Below are positions 14,292 through 27,890 of a DNA stretch of 64,000 nucleotides, one piece after another. The stretch is taken from the NCBI GenBank assembly GCA_951406725.2, contig OX597815.1, positions 112,096,001 to 112,160,000 on the forward strand. Direction: 5' to 3'. The notes beneath the pieces are model-generated. The model was not told the DNA's origin. It was given only the letters and a program-made list of their open reading frames with translations, and did no database searches. The position numbers were made by a program, and so were the translations under genes. The DNA is from Octopus vulgaris (lineage: Eukaryota). Numbering within the stretch: position 1 is the stretch's first letter; each line of letters opens with the position of its first letter.

Positions 14292-15750
14292 GGATTTCGA
14301 GTCTTATAACAAATTCCTCAAAGACAACACGAACAGCAGTTCGTTTCTTGTACATTCGTCCAAAATGTATTTTCAGTCCAGCTCTAAATATATTCACCTC
14401 TGGACATACAGGACAGGAGTGCTGTGCAACAGACGTTGGAGCTCCATGCATATAGACATACCGTGTTGATCTTCTGGTATAACGTTTCATGAGAAAAATC
14501 CGGATAATAAAAGTACTGTGCAACCACAGGCTGTGACGCCCGGTATAGGAATCTATACACAGATACACACACACACATACATATGTTTGTGTGTACTCTT
14601 CTAAGTATATAAATACACAAGTGTACGTGTATATAAACCTATACATATGTCTATATGTGTGTATACGCGTAGTGTGTACGTAGGTATGCATTTATCTTTG
14701 TTTGCATATGATAATTCTAATGCAACCGAAGTACATCATGTAGGTTACTAAACAATTTCAAAGCTAAGCTGAAAGCCTCCTTAATATTTTATCATTTGTT
14801 ATCTGTATATGTATATGTTTATAAAGTTAGTACCAGTTAAAATATGTTTAAGACATATTCGAACCCATAAGAAAGTTTGTCGTATTTTTGTAATGGAGAA
14901 AAAATCCTCGCTGTAACCGAGTCAGTAGAAGTGCTGTGCTTCGTAGTATTCGACATTGACGAGGAGATAGCTACTCCGAAATCAAGAAAATTATGCATCC
15001 ATTGATCTTGGAGGTGGGGTACATTTCGGACTGATTGGCGTGTTTACACCTATTTTTCTACAGCGAGAAGTTTTCTCGGTTTCAAATTACATCGAATGGC
15101 TCTCTTATGGTTCGACTATATTTTTGACATATTTGAAATGGTAACAAGCTTATATTTGTAAGCATCACCGCTTAACGCTTCAAATCAATTTTCCATTCAG
15201 GCCGGGCAGCCGATTAGAACAACCCGTCACAGTATTCTGACTGCAATATAAGGGATATCTCTCTCATATTTCAATCAGATTAATGATCTGTCGTTGTCGG
15301 TTCGTAGCTCGTCCCTTTCTAGTGTCGATTCTGAAGAAACAATAACTATTCATTTATCTGGGTCGGGAACGCTTCAGACTTACTTGTTATGTTTAAGCTT
15401 GTTTATCAACAGCGAGATTTTTTCTCCGTGACAGAATGCAGCAGTATTCTTCTGCCTTGAGAAAACATATCGTTTAGACGTATACTACCAACATGCACAA
15501 CTCGTTTGAAACTATCGTTTCATACCATTACATATATTAAATAACAAAAGATAAATGTCAAATCCCTTTCAGATATATTTGAATATGCTTGCATTTATTA
15601 CCATAAATCCTCCTGGAACGACTTAAGAAGAATGTATCATTGGCTCTCTTCATCATATATTTAAGCACCATGCAATTAAAGAGAAGAAATTATTGAAACC
15701 AGTGAATAGTCATTTTGTCCCGGTTTAGACAGATATTTTTACGTTTTTGT
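12780..15750 (-). mobile_element. Decayed piggyBac-like transposase relic split by microsatellites and other insertions
   Basis: Minus-strand remnants resemble IREPFD / TMD / P-K (near 14.9-15.1 kb), D-M-R-YS...WP (near 13.3 kb) and a Cys-rich tail (near 13.0 kb). Judged by eye. Confidence 0.4.
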
Positions 15751-17647
15751 CTTTTAAAAACCGCAAATTATCACTTTGTTGTAATATTTTCAGGCAAAAG
15801 CATTTGTTAGGAGTCGGGCACAATGAGTAATGTTTACTGAATTTTTAAATTAGAGGAAAAGTATTTTTTATTACAAATGTTCATTGCCGTACAAGAAGCA
15901 ATTAAACTCAAGATGCATTAAAATCGCTCTAACAAAATCTGAACACTATTTCCCCGAGCATATACCCACAAATTTAGCTGGAGCAAAATGCCCAAGACAA
16001 GATAAGGTAAACTTCCCTCTTCAATTCTCTAGAATTATACTTCGAAAAGGACTTATACTGATCAATATCCATCCTTAGACAACAGAAAGGTGAGAAATAC
16101 AGTAAAATTTAAAATATCTTGGTCAAATTGAAAGTGGATCATGGAAAAACGGTAAATGATATAAAATTTAATGAAACTCGACTACATTAACATCATTACT
16201 ACTGCTGCACCGCAAAATAACATATTCCCTATAGCTTATTCGCAATCTTCTGGAGTGGCTCTTTTAATGTTATATCTACGTACCCTAAAATCAAAGAAAA
16301 ATTACTGAAATTAGTCAATACTCATTTTGCCCCGTTTTAGACAATTGTTTATTTCTTTTCTATTTTTTGATATTTGAAAATTATCAAATGGGACATCAGT
16401 GTGAGAAAAGTTGACTTGGAATCCAGCAGAGAAAATAATACTAATTGTTGAACACCAAATGTTATCCAGATATTTTATTAGCAACCTCAGTTGCAATGGG
16501 ATCAAAGTTGAGGAAAAAAATTCTCGAAAAAAGTACCTGTAATCTGACTGTTTCAAATTATCTCAACTTCAACAACTCTGTTAACCATCAGAGATGATGC
16601 AACATTACAAAATGATGATGAAATACTTGCAATGTAATGGTTTTAAATGGATTCAATAAAGAGATATCAGAAATTACTTAGTTTTCCTCCACTTACCCAT
16701 TTTCCCCACGCTATTGAAAAGAGCAAAATTTTCTTTCCGTGTAGCTCAGATAGCAAACACCAGCTAGCATTAAAATGGAAAATAACACGAACACACACAC
16801 ATGCACACACGCGCTTATAAATATATACGTGCATACATATATTATATGTATATAAATATATAGAGATCTGTACGTATACACCATATGTGTGTGTGCGAAT
16901 GTTTAAGTGTGTTTGTACGTATGGTGATCGTGGAGCCAATGCGTTTCTCTATAAGATTATATATCAAAATACAGGAATGTCTTCAAAAAGTAGTCAGTGA
17001 ATGTACTGAGACTGGTAATGTACAAACAATATATAATGGAAGATGTATATTAATTTAGCGATTACCCAAAACGGCAGTGATGCATGAGCAAAGAAACAAC
17101 TCATATAAACAAGTACCGGCCACTTTTAAATACTTGGGGAAGACAAAATGGGATATCAACCGCCAACTCTACTGGAACTTTTGCTTATGCCATCACTGCA
17201 AATGCTGCAACTAGTTATAACACCTCGTCTACTATCGACACTGACATCATTACTACTGCTGCAGCACAAATAGGCTCTGCTGCTGTTATTACCACTGCTA
17301 CTAACAGTCACTCCTGCTACTCTGATACGACAACTCAGCAACAATCGGGAGGAAACAAAATTTCAGCATCATGTGATTTTTGTAAGAAAAACAATTGAAC
17401 ATGCAGAACCGATAACATGAATGATTAAATTAATTTAATTAATTTTAATTTCTTTTCTCTTGCGCTTCACCATTACTAAAAGTTTTTAAAATACATCATT
17501 TTCAGAGACTGAAACTAGTAGCATATTTTGATAAAATTGTAAATCCTCTTCTCAAAGGATTTCATTTGTTTTTAGATAACTTACACGTATGAAACCTCTT
17601 GACCATTTCAATGTTTGTGTTTGTGTACATGTGCGTATATTTACATA

Positions 17648-18549
17648 TAGAGTGTCCACAAAAACTACTCCCAGCTGCATTGTTGTGGGTTTGCGGCCAT
17701 CTTGGATTGTCTTGCGTTCACGTCAAAAATTGTAATTCACCTGAAAATAAAAGAAAATATTATTGTTAGCGAATCTGTGGATACCATATGCGAAAACTAA
17801 TTTTTGTGTCAGTGTGTCACACTTCGACCGCCTCTCTTGCTATTGATTGATACTCATACTGCTGCTCATGTTGGGGTGGAAGTAATAGTAGGCATACAGA
17901 CGATAGTAGTTTTGACGGTTTTGATTGTTATGGGGTGATAGTAATGGTTTGAGCCGTAGTTGTGACAGTGATGGTGGTGATGGTGGTGGTGGTGGAGGTG
18001 ATCGTAGCTGAAGCGATCAGAGACAATGGTGTGAATAATCGATGTGAATGACAGGTGGAGGGAAAGGGCGGCGAAGTCAAAGGTATTGATGGTGATGGCG
18101 TAAGTGTATGATAACTGTGGTGGTGATGGTGGTGGTGGTGGTGGTGGTGGTGGTGGTGGTGGTGGTGGTACTGGTGATGATAATGGATTGAAAACAATTA
18201 ACAGAAAGAGAGAGAAGGAGAGAGAGAGACAGACAGACAGACAGAAAGAGAGAGACAAAGCAGTTAAACAGAAAAAAATATTGCACTGACCACTGAATGA
18301 AAAGAAGAAAATTGTTGTTTATCATGCAGCTTTGCATTAAGTTCCAAGTCGAGAAATTATATCATTGTTTTGATGAAAATTGTTCATTGCTTGAAAAATA
18401 TTGATCAAGTTAAATTAAATTTAATGCGTGGACCAAGGCCCAATGAAGAACCCTCCACATGTGTCTTTTAAACTAGTTTATCAAAATAGTTTAATTACTA
18501 TCGATATCATAGTGTCATGAAATAAGGGAGTGTTTTTGTTGACACCCTG
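17648..18549. mobile_element. Non-autonomous Tc1/mariner-type element with internal (GGT)n/(GACA)n expansions
   Basis: TA-[T]AGAGTGTCCACAAAAACTACTCCC at the left end versus GGGAGTGTTTTTGTTGACACCCTG-TA at the right end, forming imperfect TIRs. Confidence 0.7.
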
Positions 18550-18577
18550 TATGCACATATATGAATACATATATATG

Positions 18578-18653
<76 letters not shown>

Positions 18654-18667
18654 ATATATACACACAT

Positions 18668-18998
<331 letters not shown>

Positions 18999-18999
18999 G

Positions 19000-19240
19000 C
19001 TAGTGATTTATCTACTACTATAATCATTTCTTAAATATAGCAGCGAAACACGTGTCGTTTTTCTACCTATTATATACATTATATTATTCTTGTAATTTAA
19101 GTATTCATTTTGAATTGATAAAAGGTGGGTTTTTTCTAATATTTTATATATATTATATTGTGTGAAATTTGATTTCTAAATTGAATTCTTTTTCCTTGTA
19201 AGTTTGAATTTTATTCCCTCAAGTAATAATTATTATTATA
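19000..19240 (+). mobile_element. PLE pseudo-LTR 3' fragment with truncated HHR half
   Basis: GAAAC-ACGT-GTC at 19045-19056 is followed by an AT-rich tail and flanked by (TA)n. Confidence 0.45.
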
Positions 19241-19307
19241 TATATAGATACATAGATATATGTGTGTGTGTGTTTGTGCAGGCGCGTGTATATATGTATA
19301 TATATAT

Positions 19308-19395
19308 TCTTTTCTTCCCTTACTTGCTTCAAGTATTTTCACTGTGGCCATGCTGGAGCACCACCTTTTAGTCGAAGAAATCGAGCCCTGGACTA
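19308..19395 (-). mobile_element. SINE 3' fragment, same family as 34590-34800
   Basis: TGTGGCCATGCTGGAGCACCACCTTTTAGTCGA resembles 34630-34662. Confidence 0.75.
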
Positions 19396-19909
19396 ATATA
19401 CATATAAAGAATATTTTGACCTAAACCAATCACTGATGATCTAAAATAATAGTTATGTTGCGTAAGTGCTATAAATATTCATCAGTTAGGATCCAATTAC
19501 ACAGCTGAGGCAGGAGTTAGGGATACGTAAATGGTTTCCGAGTCAGCAGGTATACATGGCTATTCAAAAAGAAAGAGCAGATTTCCAATTTATTTTAAAA
19601 ACAAACGGTAAGAGACACAAACACATTCTACATATTTCTTGATAGGGGGAGCTTTAAAGTTTCTAGCTGAACGTGATTAATTGAATTAAGCCGTAAATAA
19701 AATATTACAATTTTGTTTTAATATTTCATTTTGCTCATCTTATTTAAAGTTTAAATTTTCATTTGTTTAATCTCTTACAAAATGGGGACGCCACAAGAAA
19801 AGTCTTTTTGTGTGCTTGTTGCAATATAAGTGTCCGATGGTCGCTTCTTTCTTTTTTTTCGTATATATATTGCGAGCTGAGGAGAATGTCTACTATTTGC
19901 TAGGGGTAG

Positions 19910-19967
19910 GGTATTCACGACTGAGGATGGGCACAAGTAACCAGAAAACTTTCGGTCTCGTGATACC
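19910..19967 (+). ncRNA. Type I hammerhead ribozyme candidate
   Basis: Stem I GGTA(T)TCACGA/TCGTGATACC, core CUGAGGA, stem II TGG/CCA, GAAA, short stem III with one mismatch, GUC cleavage triplet. Confidence 0.75.
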
Positions 19968-20178
19968 GTTGTCTGCTAGAGGATGGTAGGGGTTAGCTCC
20001 CCTGCTTGCAATATATACAGGGTGAAGATTGCACCGGTAACGAGCCGGCGGTAGATCTACGATTTACCCGGGGTTAAGACGCTATTAACGTCGAACCGCC
20101 ATATTGATGTGGGAATAAATATTACTTATATATATATATATATATATATACATATACATGTATATATAATTTAGGAGG

Positions 20179-20620
20179 CAAGCTTGGCTCAAGCTACAAG
20201 AAGTTCTTTCAATCAATGAATGTGTTTCTCTGAAAGTCTAGACTTCTGGTAAAGTGGTGAAAGCCAAAGTTATTAGAATCGATACATGTGGTATTCAGGC
20301 CAATCCTAAAAGTAATTGCAGTTCTCCATCAGGTAATAAAGAAAATACTGATGAAAACAGTCCTAATAAAGATACTGGGCAAAAGAAGTGGCTGCCTCCT
20401 AAATTAGTACCTTATAAATACAGCATAAAGCTAAATGAAGAAGACAAAATTATTAACTGTGTACCAGCTGCTGATTTAACTCGTGTTGACCGGCCACCTC
20501 CGAAAGAACTTCTTCGTTTGTTCATCAGAACACATGCTTTACGTGCTGGTGTAACATCTTCCAGTCCTTGGGTTGTTGATGATGTCATGATTATAAAAAC
20601 ATGGCATGCAGAATAAACTG
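20179..20620 (+). pseudogene. BAZ1B: BAZ1B/WSTF-like gene fragment (region after the WAC domain)
   Basis: SPSGNKEN...KKWLPPKLVPYKYSIKLNEEDKIINCVPAADLTRVDRPPPKELLRLFIRTHALRAG...PWVVDD matches my recollection of vertebrate BAZ1B (KWAPPKFLPHKYDVKL...RPPNKEIVRYFIRHNALRAG...PWVVED). In-frame TAG at 20239-20241 and a probable frameshift near 20595. Confidence 0.85.
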
Positions 20621-20931
20621 TATGAATCCTGAGATGAATCTTTTGTGGCCAATATTTTAATGAACTTGTTAAACTTTTTTAATATTTTCCTATGATTTTC
20701 CCTTGTAAACTGTTTTAACATGTTCTTATTATCATCAAATAATGTATATATATATTGTAATATTTTGTGACAACCAGTACCTAACACAACCAAGCTTTTA
20801 CATGTTAATTTTGACAATCTTTTTCTAAAAAAGTGAAACCGGTAAAGTAAATAAACATCTTTTAAAATTGCATGTTCAAACTTTCTTTCATATATAATTC
20901 CACTCGCGCGGTGCCTTACAACTCCACTTTG

Positions 20932-20977
<46 letters not shown>

Positions 20978-21434
20978 GCATATATATATCTATCTATATA
21001 TATACATACATATATACAAACATATATATATATATATATATATTCAAGCATCCATACTACTCTTCAATGTTATTTAAACTTTGATTTCCAAATATTTAAT
21101 GCTACATGCAATTAACGGTTCTTACATAATTAGTAGCTTAATAGAATTAGAGGAACGCCACTCTATTCATAATTCAATGTAAGCATAGTTACAAAACGGA
21201 AATGGAAAAAAAAAATCCCTATTTAATTGACATTCCTTTTATATAAAATTTGAAATAATTTTGCTTTTCTCAGGAAACATACATAATTATACCAACTTTT
21301 CTGTATTTATAATTAATTTCAACTGTATGTTCATAGTGACATTCAACATAAAATTATATACAGGTTATATAATTACGTACAAATAAATATGAATATGTTC
21401 ATGCATTTAGGTAAAAATAATAATGATTAGAAGA

Positions 21435-21438
<4 letters not shown>

Positions 21439-21517
<79 letters not shown>

Positions 21518-21519
21518 TG

Positions 21520-21614
<95 letters not shown>

Positions 21615-21615
21615 T

Positions 21616-21646
<31 letters not shown>

Positions 21647-21650
21647 AATA
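21439..21650. repeat. (AAT)n microsatellite of about 210 bp
   Basis: Directly visible. Confidence 0.97.
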
Positions 21651-21654
21651 TTAA

Positions 21655-22040
21655 AATCAAAGAACTGAAAAACCACAGATCTCAGAATGGACCACCGATT
21701 ATACCTCCCACAGTCAAAATAGACAATAAAACAACATCAATAATAGATAGCATGAACCTGGCCGTCACAGAACTAAAATCCACAGAAACAAATGGCAATA
21801 GCATTGAGCTAAATGACATAATATATGCAGCAGCCACGAAAGAATCTGGATACTCCCTCAAATCCATCCAAACAGGAGTACCACTACCCAACAAACACTG
21901 TGGATAAATAATATAAAAAATATAGAAAATACGGAAAAAGATTTGTCGATTCTTAACGAAATTAGTAGACAATCCACACTACTAAGTAATAATGAGAAAG
22001 CCAAAATACTGTGTAAATACAAAGAATTTGAGAGGAACGA
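21655..22040 (+). mobile_element. R4/Dong-type LINE internal fragment
   Basis: ELNDIIYAAA...WINNI resembles the pre-RT region of R4/Dong elements and abuts (AAT)n. Confidence 0.55.
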
Positions 22041-22559
22041 ACATTTCCTACCATTTTTTTATTTTGCGTGTAGCTAAGGATAATTTGCTGTTTTAAGGGA
22101 CAGTTTTGGAGGTTGGTTGGGGTGGATGGAAGAAGGGCAATGTGGAATTAAAATGATTTTTTGTTTCTGGGCTAGTTTGTCATGGTTCAGTGGTTTTTGT
22201 GACTGGTCTTAGAGGTCAGAATGATGTGTGTGTGTGTGTGTCTTTGCACGATTCTATGTATGTGTGTATATACATGTGTTTGCATTTTTGTGTGGGGGTC
22301 ATTTTCGATTGGTCCCAGAGTTTATTGTGGTGTGTGTAAATGGGTCTATGTGTTTTATATTTGGGAGGATGGTGCGTGTATATGTGTGCACGTTTGTGTG
22401 TGCGTGTTTGCATGTGTGTGATAATTATTTATTAGGCTGTTTTGTGTGCGCATGTCTGTGCATATCTTTTTTCCCGTGTGTGTGTATGTGTACGTCTGTA
22501 GGTCCGTGTGTATGTTTGTGTTGGTGGAGGTGTTATGTATGTGAACGTGTGTACATGGA

Positions 22560-23250
22560 TCTCTTCTTTTGTCACACCCATTATATTTCTTTTTCTTGAC
22601 ATCAACACCTACATTTTCCGTTACAACAATACTTGCTCCTTTCATCAAATTATTTGTTTCTGTGATGTTTCTTGTTCTGATGTATTTCACAGTATTATTC
22701 ACATGTTTCGCTTGGTGGTTCAATTTCCACCGATCAACATTGTTAAGGTTGCAAATAATGTCTCTATCGTTCTCCTGTAGACTTGCCTATATTTTGTCGT
22801 AGATTGCCTTTTGCCCGTCTGTCACGTCACCATTAGTTTTATTGTATTCTTCCAAACCATTTATATGTCTCTCATCGAGCAAGCTATCACTGTTCCTTTC
22901 CTGTGGTTTATTAGAGATTTCACATTTGTTTTCTGCTATTATGCTACTTTTATCAGAAGGAACTGTATTTTAATTGTTTCCTCTGCTGCTGTTTTCCAAT
23001 ACCCGTCTTTTGATAGCCCCGAGCTCTACTTCTGTGAACCAACGATTTTTTATTGTTCTAGCTTGAACACATAATTTATGTCCCGTGTGTTGAAACAATC
23101 CTCTTTTCCGCCAATGATCATATATACGTTGTCGGTATCCCCTAAGATGAACACCATTTTCGTCTACGGGGTTGCTCAGGTAGTAACACTCCATGATCAC
23201 AACGTTAATTAGTTAGTTCCATCTACGCGGTGTGTGCTGATCCCTGGCTG
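22560..23250 (-). mobile_element. R4/Dong-type LINE N-terminal fragment
   Basis: VIMECYYLSNP...GYRQRIYDHWRKRGLF...KLCVQARTIKNRWFTEVELGAIKR and ITETNNLMKGASIVV. Abuts (CAT)n. Confidence 0.7.
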
Positions 23251-23257
23251 GATAATG

Positions 23258-23399
23258 ACACCATCAACATCATCATCATCAACATAATCATGATCATGAT
23301 GATGATGATCATCATCATCTTTATCATCATGATCATGATCATCATAATCATCATCTTCTTCATCATCATCATCATCATCATCATCAACAACAACAACAA

Positions 23400-23435
<36 letters not shown>

Positions 23436-23492
23436 GATCATCATCATCATGATCATCATGATCATCATCATTATCATCATGATCATCATCAC
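23258..23492. repeat. Imperfect (CAT)n microsatellite
   Basis: Directly visible. Confidence 0.95.
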
Positions 23493-24384
23493 TGATATTT
23501 TTATTTTCATGTTTTACTACTATTTGTCATTGTTAACATTTCCTCTGAGCCGATATGAGTTTTGGTTAAATTATTGTTATTATCCTTATTACCATCATTA
23601 TTAGTATGAAAAGGTAATTGTTGTTTAGTTTCCACTTTTGTCTTGTACTTGAAATGATCATAAATATATGAATGCTTCAGGGAATAGTAGGAGCAATGGG
23701 GAGAGCTTGGCAAATAGATTAAATTCCAGAGGTCTATAAATCAATTCGGCAGATGGTGAAGATATCAACAGTGGGCATTTTTGTGTGATAAGGAGACAAA
23801 AGCGGCCTCACACCCTTGGAGTCAGCAGAGGCTAAAATTGTTTACTACTACTAGCGATCAATGAAAGCGCTGACCTTGGCCTTGAAAATAGCCAATTCAC
23901 CTTGTTCTATTTTTAATTACTGCTAGAAAAAAATAGTTATTGAATATATTCTTAAGTCCATCATTTCGTCAATCACAGCAGCTTCCAAACTCCACCACTA
24001 ATTCAGCTCTCAGCTAAATTGCAAACAGTTAATAGTTGCAAAGAGGACATCTCCTCAGCTATATTTAGGTATAAATAGTTTGAGATTTGGTTCTGCAGAA
24101 AAAAAAGTTGAATCAAAATATGTCAGACCTGAAGTGGGGCAGTAAAGCATATATTCATCTTCAATTAACATAATTTTTTAAAATTTTAAATTAAAGGCTT
24201 AAATGATAGTAAAATGCATGAGAAATTCAGAATCGTTAGTCGCATTGAACAAAAACTAGTAGAAAAACAATTATAAGGTAAAATGTTACGAAATTTAATG
24301 ACAGTAATTAAGGAAGTAAGAAATAATGCTTAAACAGTAAAAATAAAGAATATATTTCTAAAATGAACGCTATTATCCTATTGC

Positions 24385-25090
24385 AGCGTGCTGGCAGAAA
24401 TGTCAGCGCGTCGGTCGAAAGCATTTGCAGTATTCCGTCTCTCTACATGTTTTCAGTTCAAATTGACGTTCAGATTAATTTAATTAATTTTATTTTTTTC
24501 ATCTAGACACTTTCAAACTTCCGGTACTGGTAGAACATGTCGCGTCTTTGACAAAATTTTGTATTTTAGAAGCGGTATTTCGTCTGTCTTTACGTTGTGA
24601 GTTCAAATTCCTCCGAGGTGGACTATGCTTTCATTTCGAATCTATTCAATTAGGCGTACAGATTACTTGATTACTTTTTTAAACTAAACAACTTCCGGTA
24701 ATGGCAGAATGTGTCACAGAAGACAGACAAAGGGATTAAGTCGATTATAACGACCCCAGTGCGTAACTGGTACTTAATTTATCGACCCCGAAAAAATGAA
24801 AAGCAAAGTCGACCTCGGTGGAATTTGAACTCAGAACGTAAAGACAGACGAAATACCTATTTCTTTACTACCCACAAGGGGCTAAACACAGAGGGGACAA
24901 ACAAGGACAGACAAACGGATCTCAGTCGATTACATCGACCCCAATGCGTAAATGGTACTTAATTTATCGACCCGGAAAGAATGAAAGGCAAAGACGACCT
25001 CGGCAGAATTGGAACTCAGAACGTAACGGCAGACGAAATACCGCTAAGTATTTTGCCCGGCGTGCTAACGTTTCTGCCAGCTCGCCGCTT
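24385..25090. mobile_element. Cluster of tRNA-derived SINE copies: plus-strand fragments at 24385-24640, minus-strand tandem copies at 24720-25090
   Basis: Recurrent GCTGGCAGAA...CGTTCTGAGTTCAAATTCC.CCGAGGTCGACTTTGC.TTTCAT...GGGGTCGAT motif with a B-box-like GTTCAAAT. Confidence 0.85.
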
Positions 25091-25794
25091 TAGTGCACGT
25101 ATAGTAGTGGATGCAACTATAGCTTGTGGGTCATAGTACTGCTAGAACAATGATGATATTGAGAATATTCAATTTGTTTTATTTATATTAATAACATCAA
25201 GATTTTGTTTCAATTAATGTTGATCCCACTGCACATGTATAAGTAATAACATATTGAGCGATGTGAGGATTTACTGCTTTGAGAACTTTTAAACAGATTG
25301 TGGGTCATAGATGTGATTATTGCTGTGGCAACAACAATGATTTGTCACTGAGTATTCTTTCCATACAAAAGTAGCAAACGTATACATGAAACACTCAGAA
25401 TATGAACGATTTTTAATTAAACCAAATAAACCACTACGAAATCGATCTAATCAAAACTTGGTACCGCATGCAATTTTAAATCTTCTAATATGTATGGGAT
25501 ATTGATATGATTTAGAGGAAACTTTAATACTCCCTTTAATGAAAATTTTAACATCCTGAATGTCAGGAGAAAATGCATTCATTTAACTTCTATGCCTCTA
25601 TCCAATGATATAAAAATATCTCATTTTCAGGATATAGACTAGTTAGTCATTTTTATTACACAGATTATGAGAGGTATTTCAAATAATTTTAATGCAATGT
25701 GATTTTTGAAAAACTGTATTTAAACATTACTTAGTACGGTGCTGGCAGTACAAATGCTTAAGATTTTCAATGATATTTTTCATTGAGTAAACCA

Positions 25795-25995
25795 TTAAAG
25801 GCAGTTATCTATAGAATCATTAACGCTCGAGCCCAAATGTTTAGCGATATTGCCTTCAGTTCTGTCCGTTCTGAGTTCAAATTCGAATTCGCCTTTTATC
25901 ATTTTGCACTAAGCCAGTTGAGCAATGTCCTCGAATGCTATCAACGTCTCCCCTTTGAAATTAGTGGTCTTGTATATAAATTAGAAAGAATTAAC
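25795..25995 (+). mobile_element. Degenerate SINE
   Basis: CGTTCTGAGTTCAAATTCG head motif and a similar tail. Confidence 0.6.
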
Positions 25996-26919
25996 TTTGC
26001 CATTGATTGGAACCAATTTGTTTGCCTAGATTGTGATGGAGCACGTGGTATGTGAGATGTTCAGAGCAGAGATGCTAGACAGTGTGTCGAGGTATTACAA
26101 TATTCAGAAATGAGCTTCAGAATTTTTAACGCGTTGCTCGTTGTATAACTTCGATTTCTTAATATATTGACTAAGTAGAAGGACTTCTCTTTGTTGAGCA
26201 AATAATTAGACAGTGAATGCGAATACCTCGTTTTAAGTTATGATTCAGGATAGTTCTCAATAGAGTATTTGGAAGCGACTTTATAGATTAAGAAAACTGA
26301 AATTTTATTATTTGTGAATCAATATATTTTAATATCAATTAATTAAAACTTCAGAGGAAATAATTCGTATCTGACTTTAAATATAGATTTCATGAACTTG
26401 ATTGATTATCACTGTTGGCCTACTTATGCAAAAACTTATTCTGTATTCTGTCTTAAATGAATTAAATTTAAATGTGCAAAGCATAGGATTATATATATTA
26501 GGAGAAAGTGGAAATTGCAATTAAAAACATGACTTTGCGGAAATGATTTCTATAATGAAATTTTAAGTCCAATGAGCATTATCAAAATGTTAAGAAAATC
26601 ATTTCGAAAGATATTTGTGACTAGGCGTACATTAGTGCATTAATTCGGGAACACAATGGCAGAAGGGAATCAATAAATAATTTAAATGTATATTTCCCCT
26701 CAACCATAGCCAACAAAATGCAGATTAGATATGTATTCAATTTGAAAATAGGCAATAAAGAGAGGTTGAATTGATTTGAAGTGGGTTGCTTAATTAATTG
26801 TTAATGCGCCATTGCTCTGAAAATTAAAATCATGAAAGTAATCCTTATAAATGTTTAATTTAGACATAAAGAAAGCAGGGTTTTTCATCCATTTTGTTAA
26901 AATGTTTTTCAAGTCAAGA

Positions 26920-27890
26920 ATTTATAACGTGAAAACGGATTTGTGGTCCAGCAACAGTGAGGTTACAATATAAACATGGATAAGCTGTAATTTGGTTTTT
27001 ATTTGTCTTTCCAATCTTACTATGTAACTCTACTTCATTAACAAAAATATTTGTTATTTCCGACAAGTTTTCAAGCACTAATACAAAATGTGGCAACTCT
27101 TTTACAAGATACGCTGTAGACCATGAAGCTGTCAAGAATAGTCAGTTTTCCATCAACCAGTGTAGATGTAATACCTGTGCGCAGATTTCCATAGAAAATC
27201 GTGATATTTTCATTGGTTTCGAGAGCCGTCGCACAAATTAGCAAAATTGTCAAATATCGTCGACAAGTAAAGGAAAGCGAAGCTTTATTAAGAGAGCAGC
27301 GATACTAAAATGACACTCCAAAATTCTACTAAATGTATTCTGATCGCAAATCAGACAACACTTTCTTTTCGTTTAACAACCCAGGAGAGTGTGTAGCCTG
27401 ATGATACATCAGTAAGCTGATATTCCTCGACGAGATGTGTTTGAGACTATGCTGCAATATATATATTCTTTTATCACAAATTCTTTTCTTCGCTTAGGAC
27501 ACTTATATGAATTTTGATCCAGTGGGGTTCTAACACTCCAGCAACAAATCTTTTGCAAATATTTTATTACGTCTTTTATCTTTCTTGTTCCTGCTTGAAT
27601 GAGTCACCGCTAACTGCAGGAAGGTAACCAGTGTCGATGTCATGGGCTACATTCAGCGCACCTTTTCCAGTTCCTTCTCAAGAATTTGAGTGACCAATGT
27701 TTCCCTATAGGGGCTGCTCAACCACAAAAATCTCCACCAAAGTTAGTATCTCTCACGGTAAGGCACAACGACGACGTTAGGTTAAGACTTCCATCGACTT
27801 TGAGTAGATTTTCAGCTGTGCGCTCTCAACTGGTTAAGTCATCACACGTTGCTACACTACTTTTTTCATTGTCCCAGGACTTACAGTAGA
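26920..27890 (-). mobile_element. RTE-clade LINE 5' region with decayed APE endonuclease
   Basis: Remnants resembling ETHLVEEYQLTDVSSGYTLSW and TILLICATALETNENITIFYGNL...KLTILD (YAPT/FY/LGD-like). Confidence 0.6.

Noticed and set aside
17084-17398. 104-aa Thr/Ala-rich ORF
   Set aside because: Derived from degenerate (ACT/GCT)n repeats with no domain evidence.
20254-20616. Functional BAZ1B exon of a host gene
   Set aside because: Homology extends through an in-frame stop and an apparent frameshift, and no other exons were seen.
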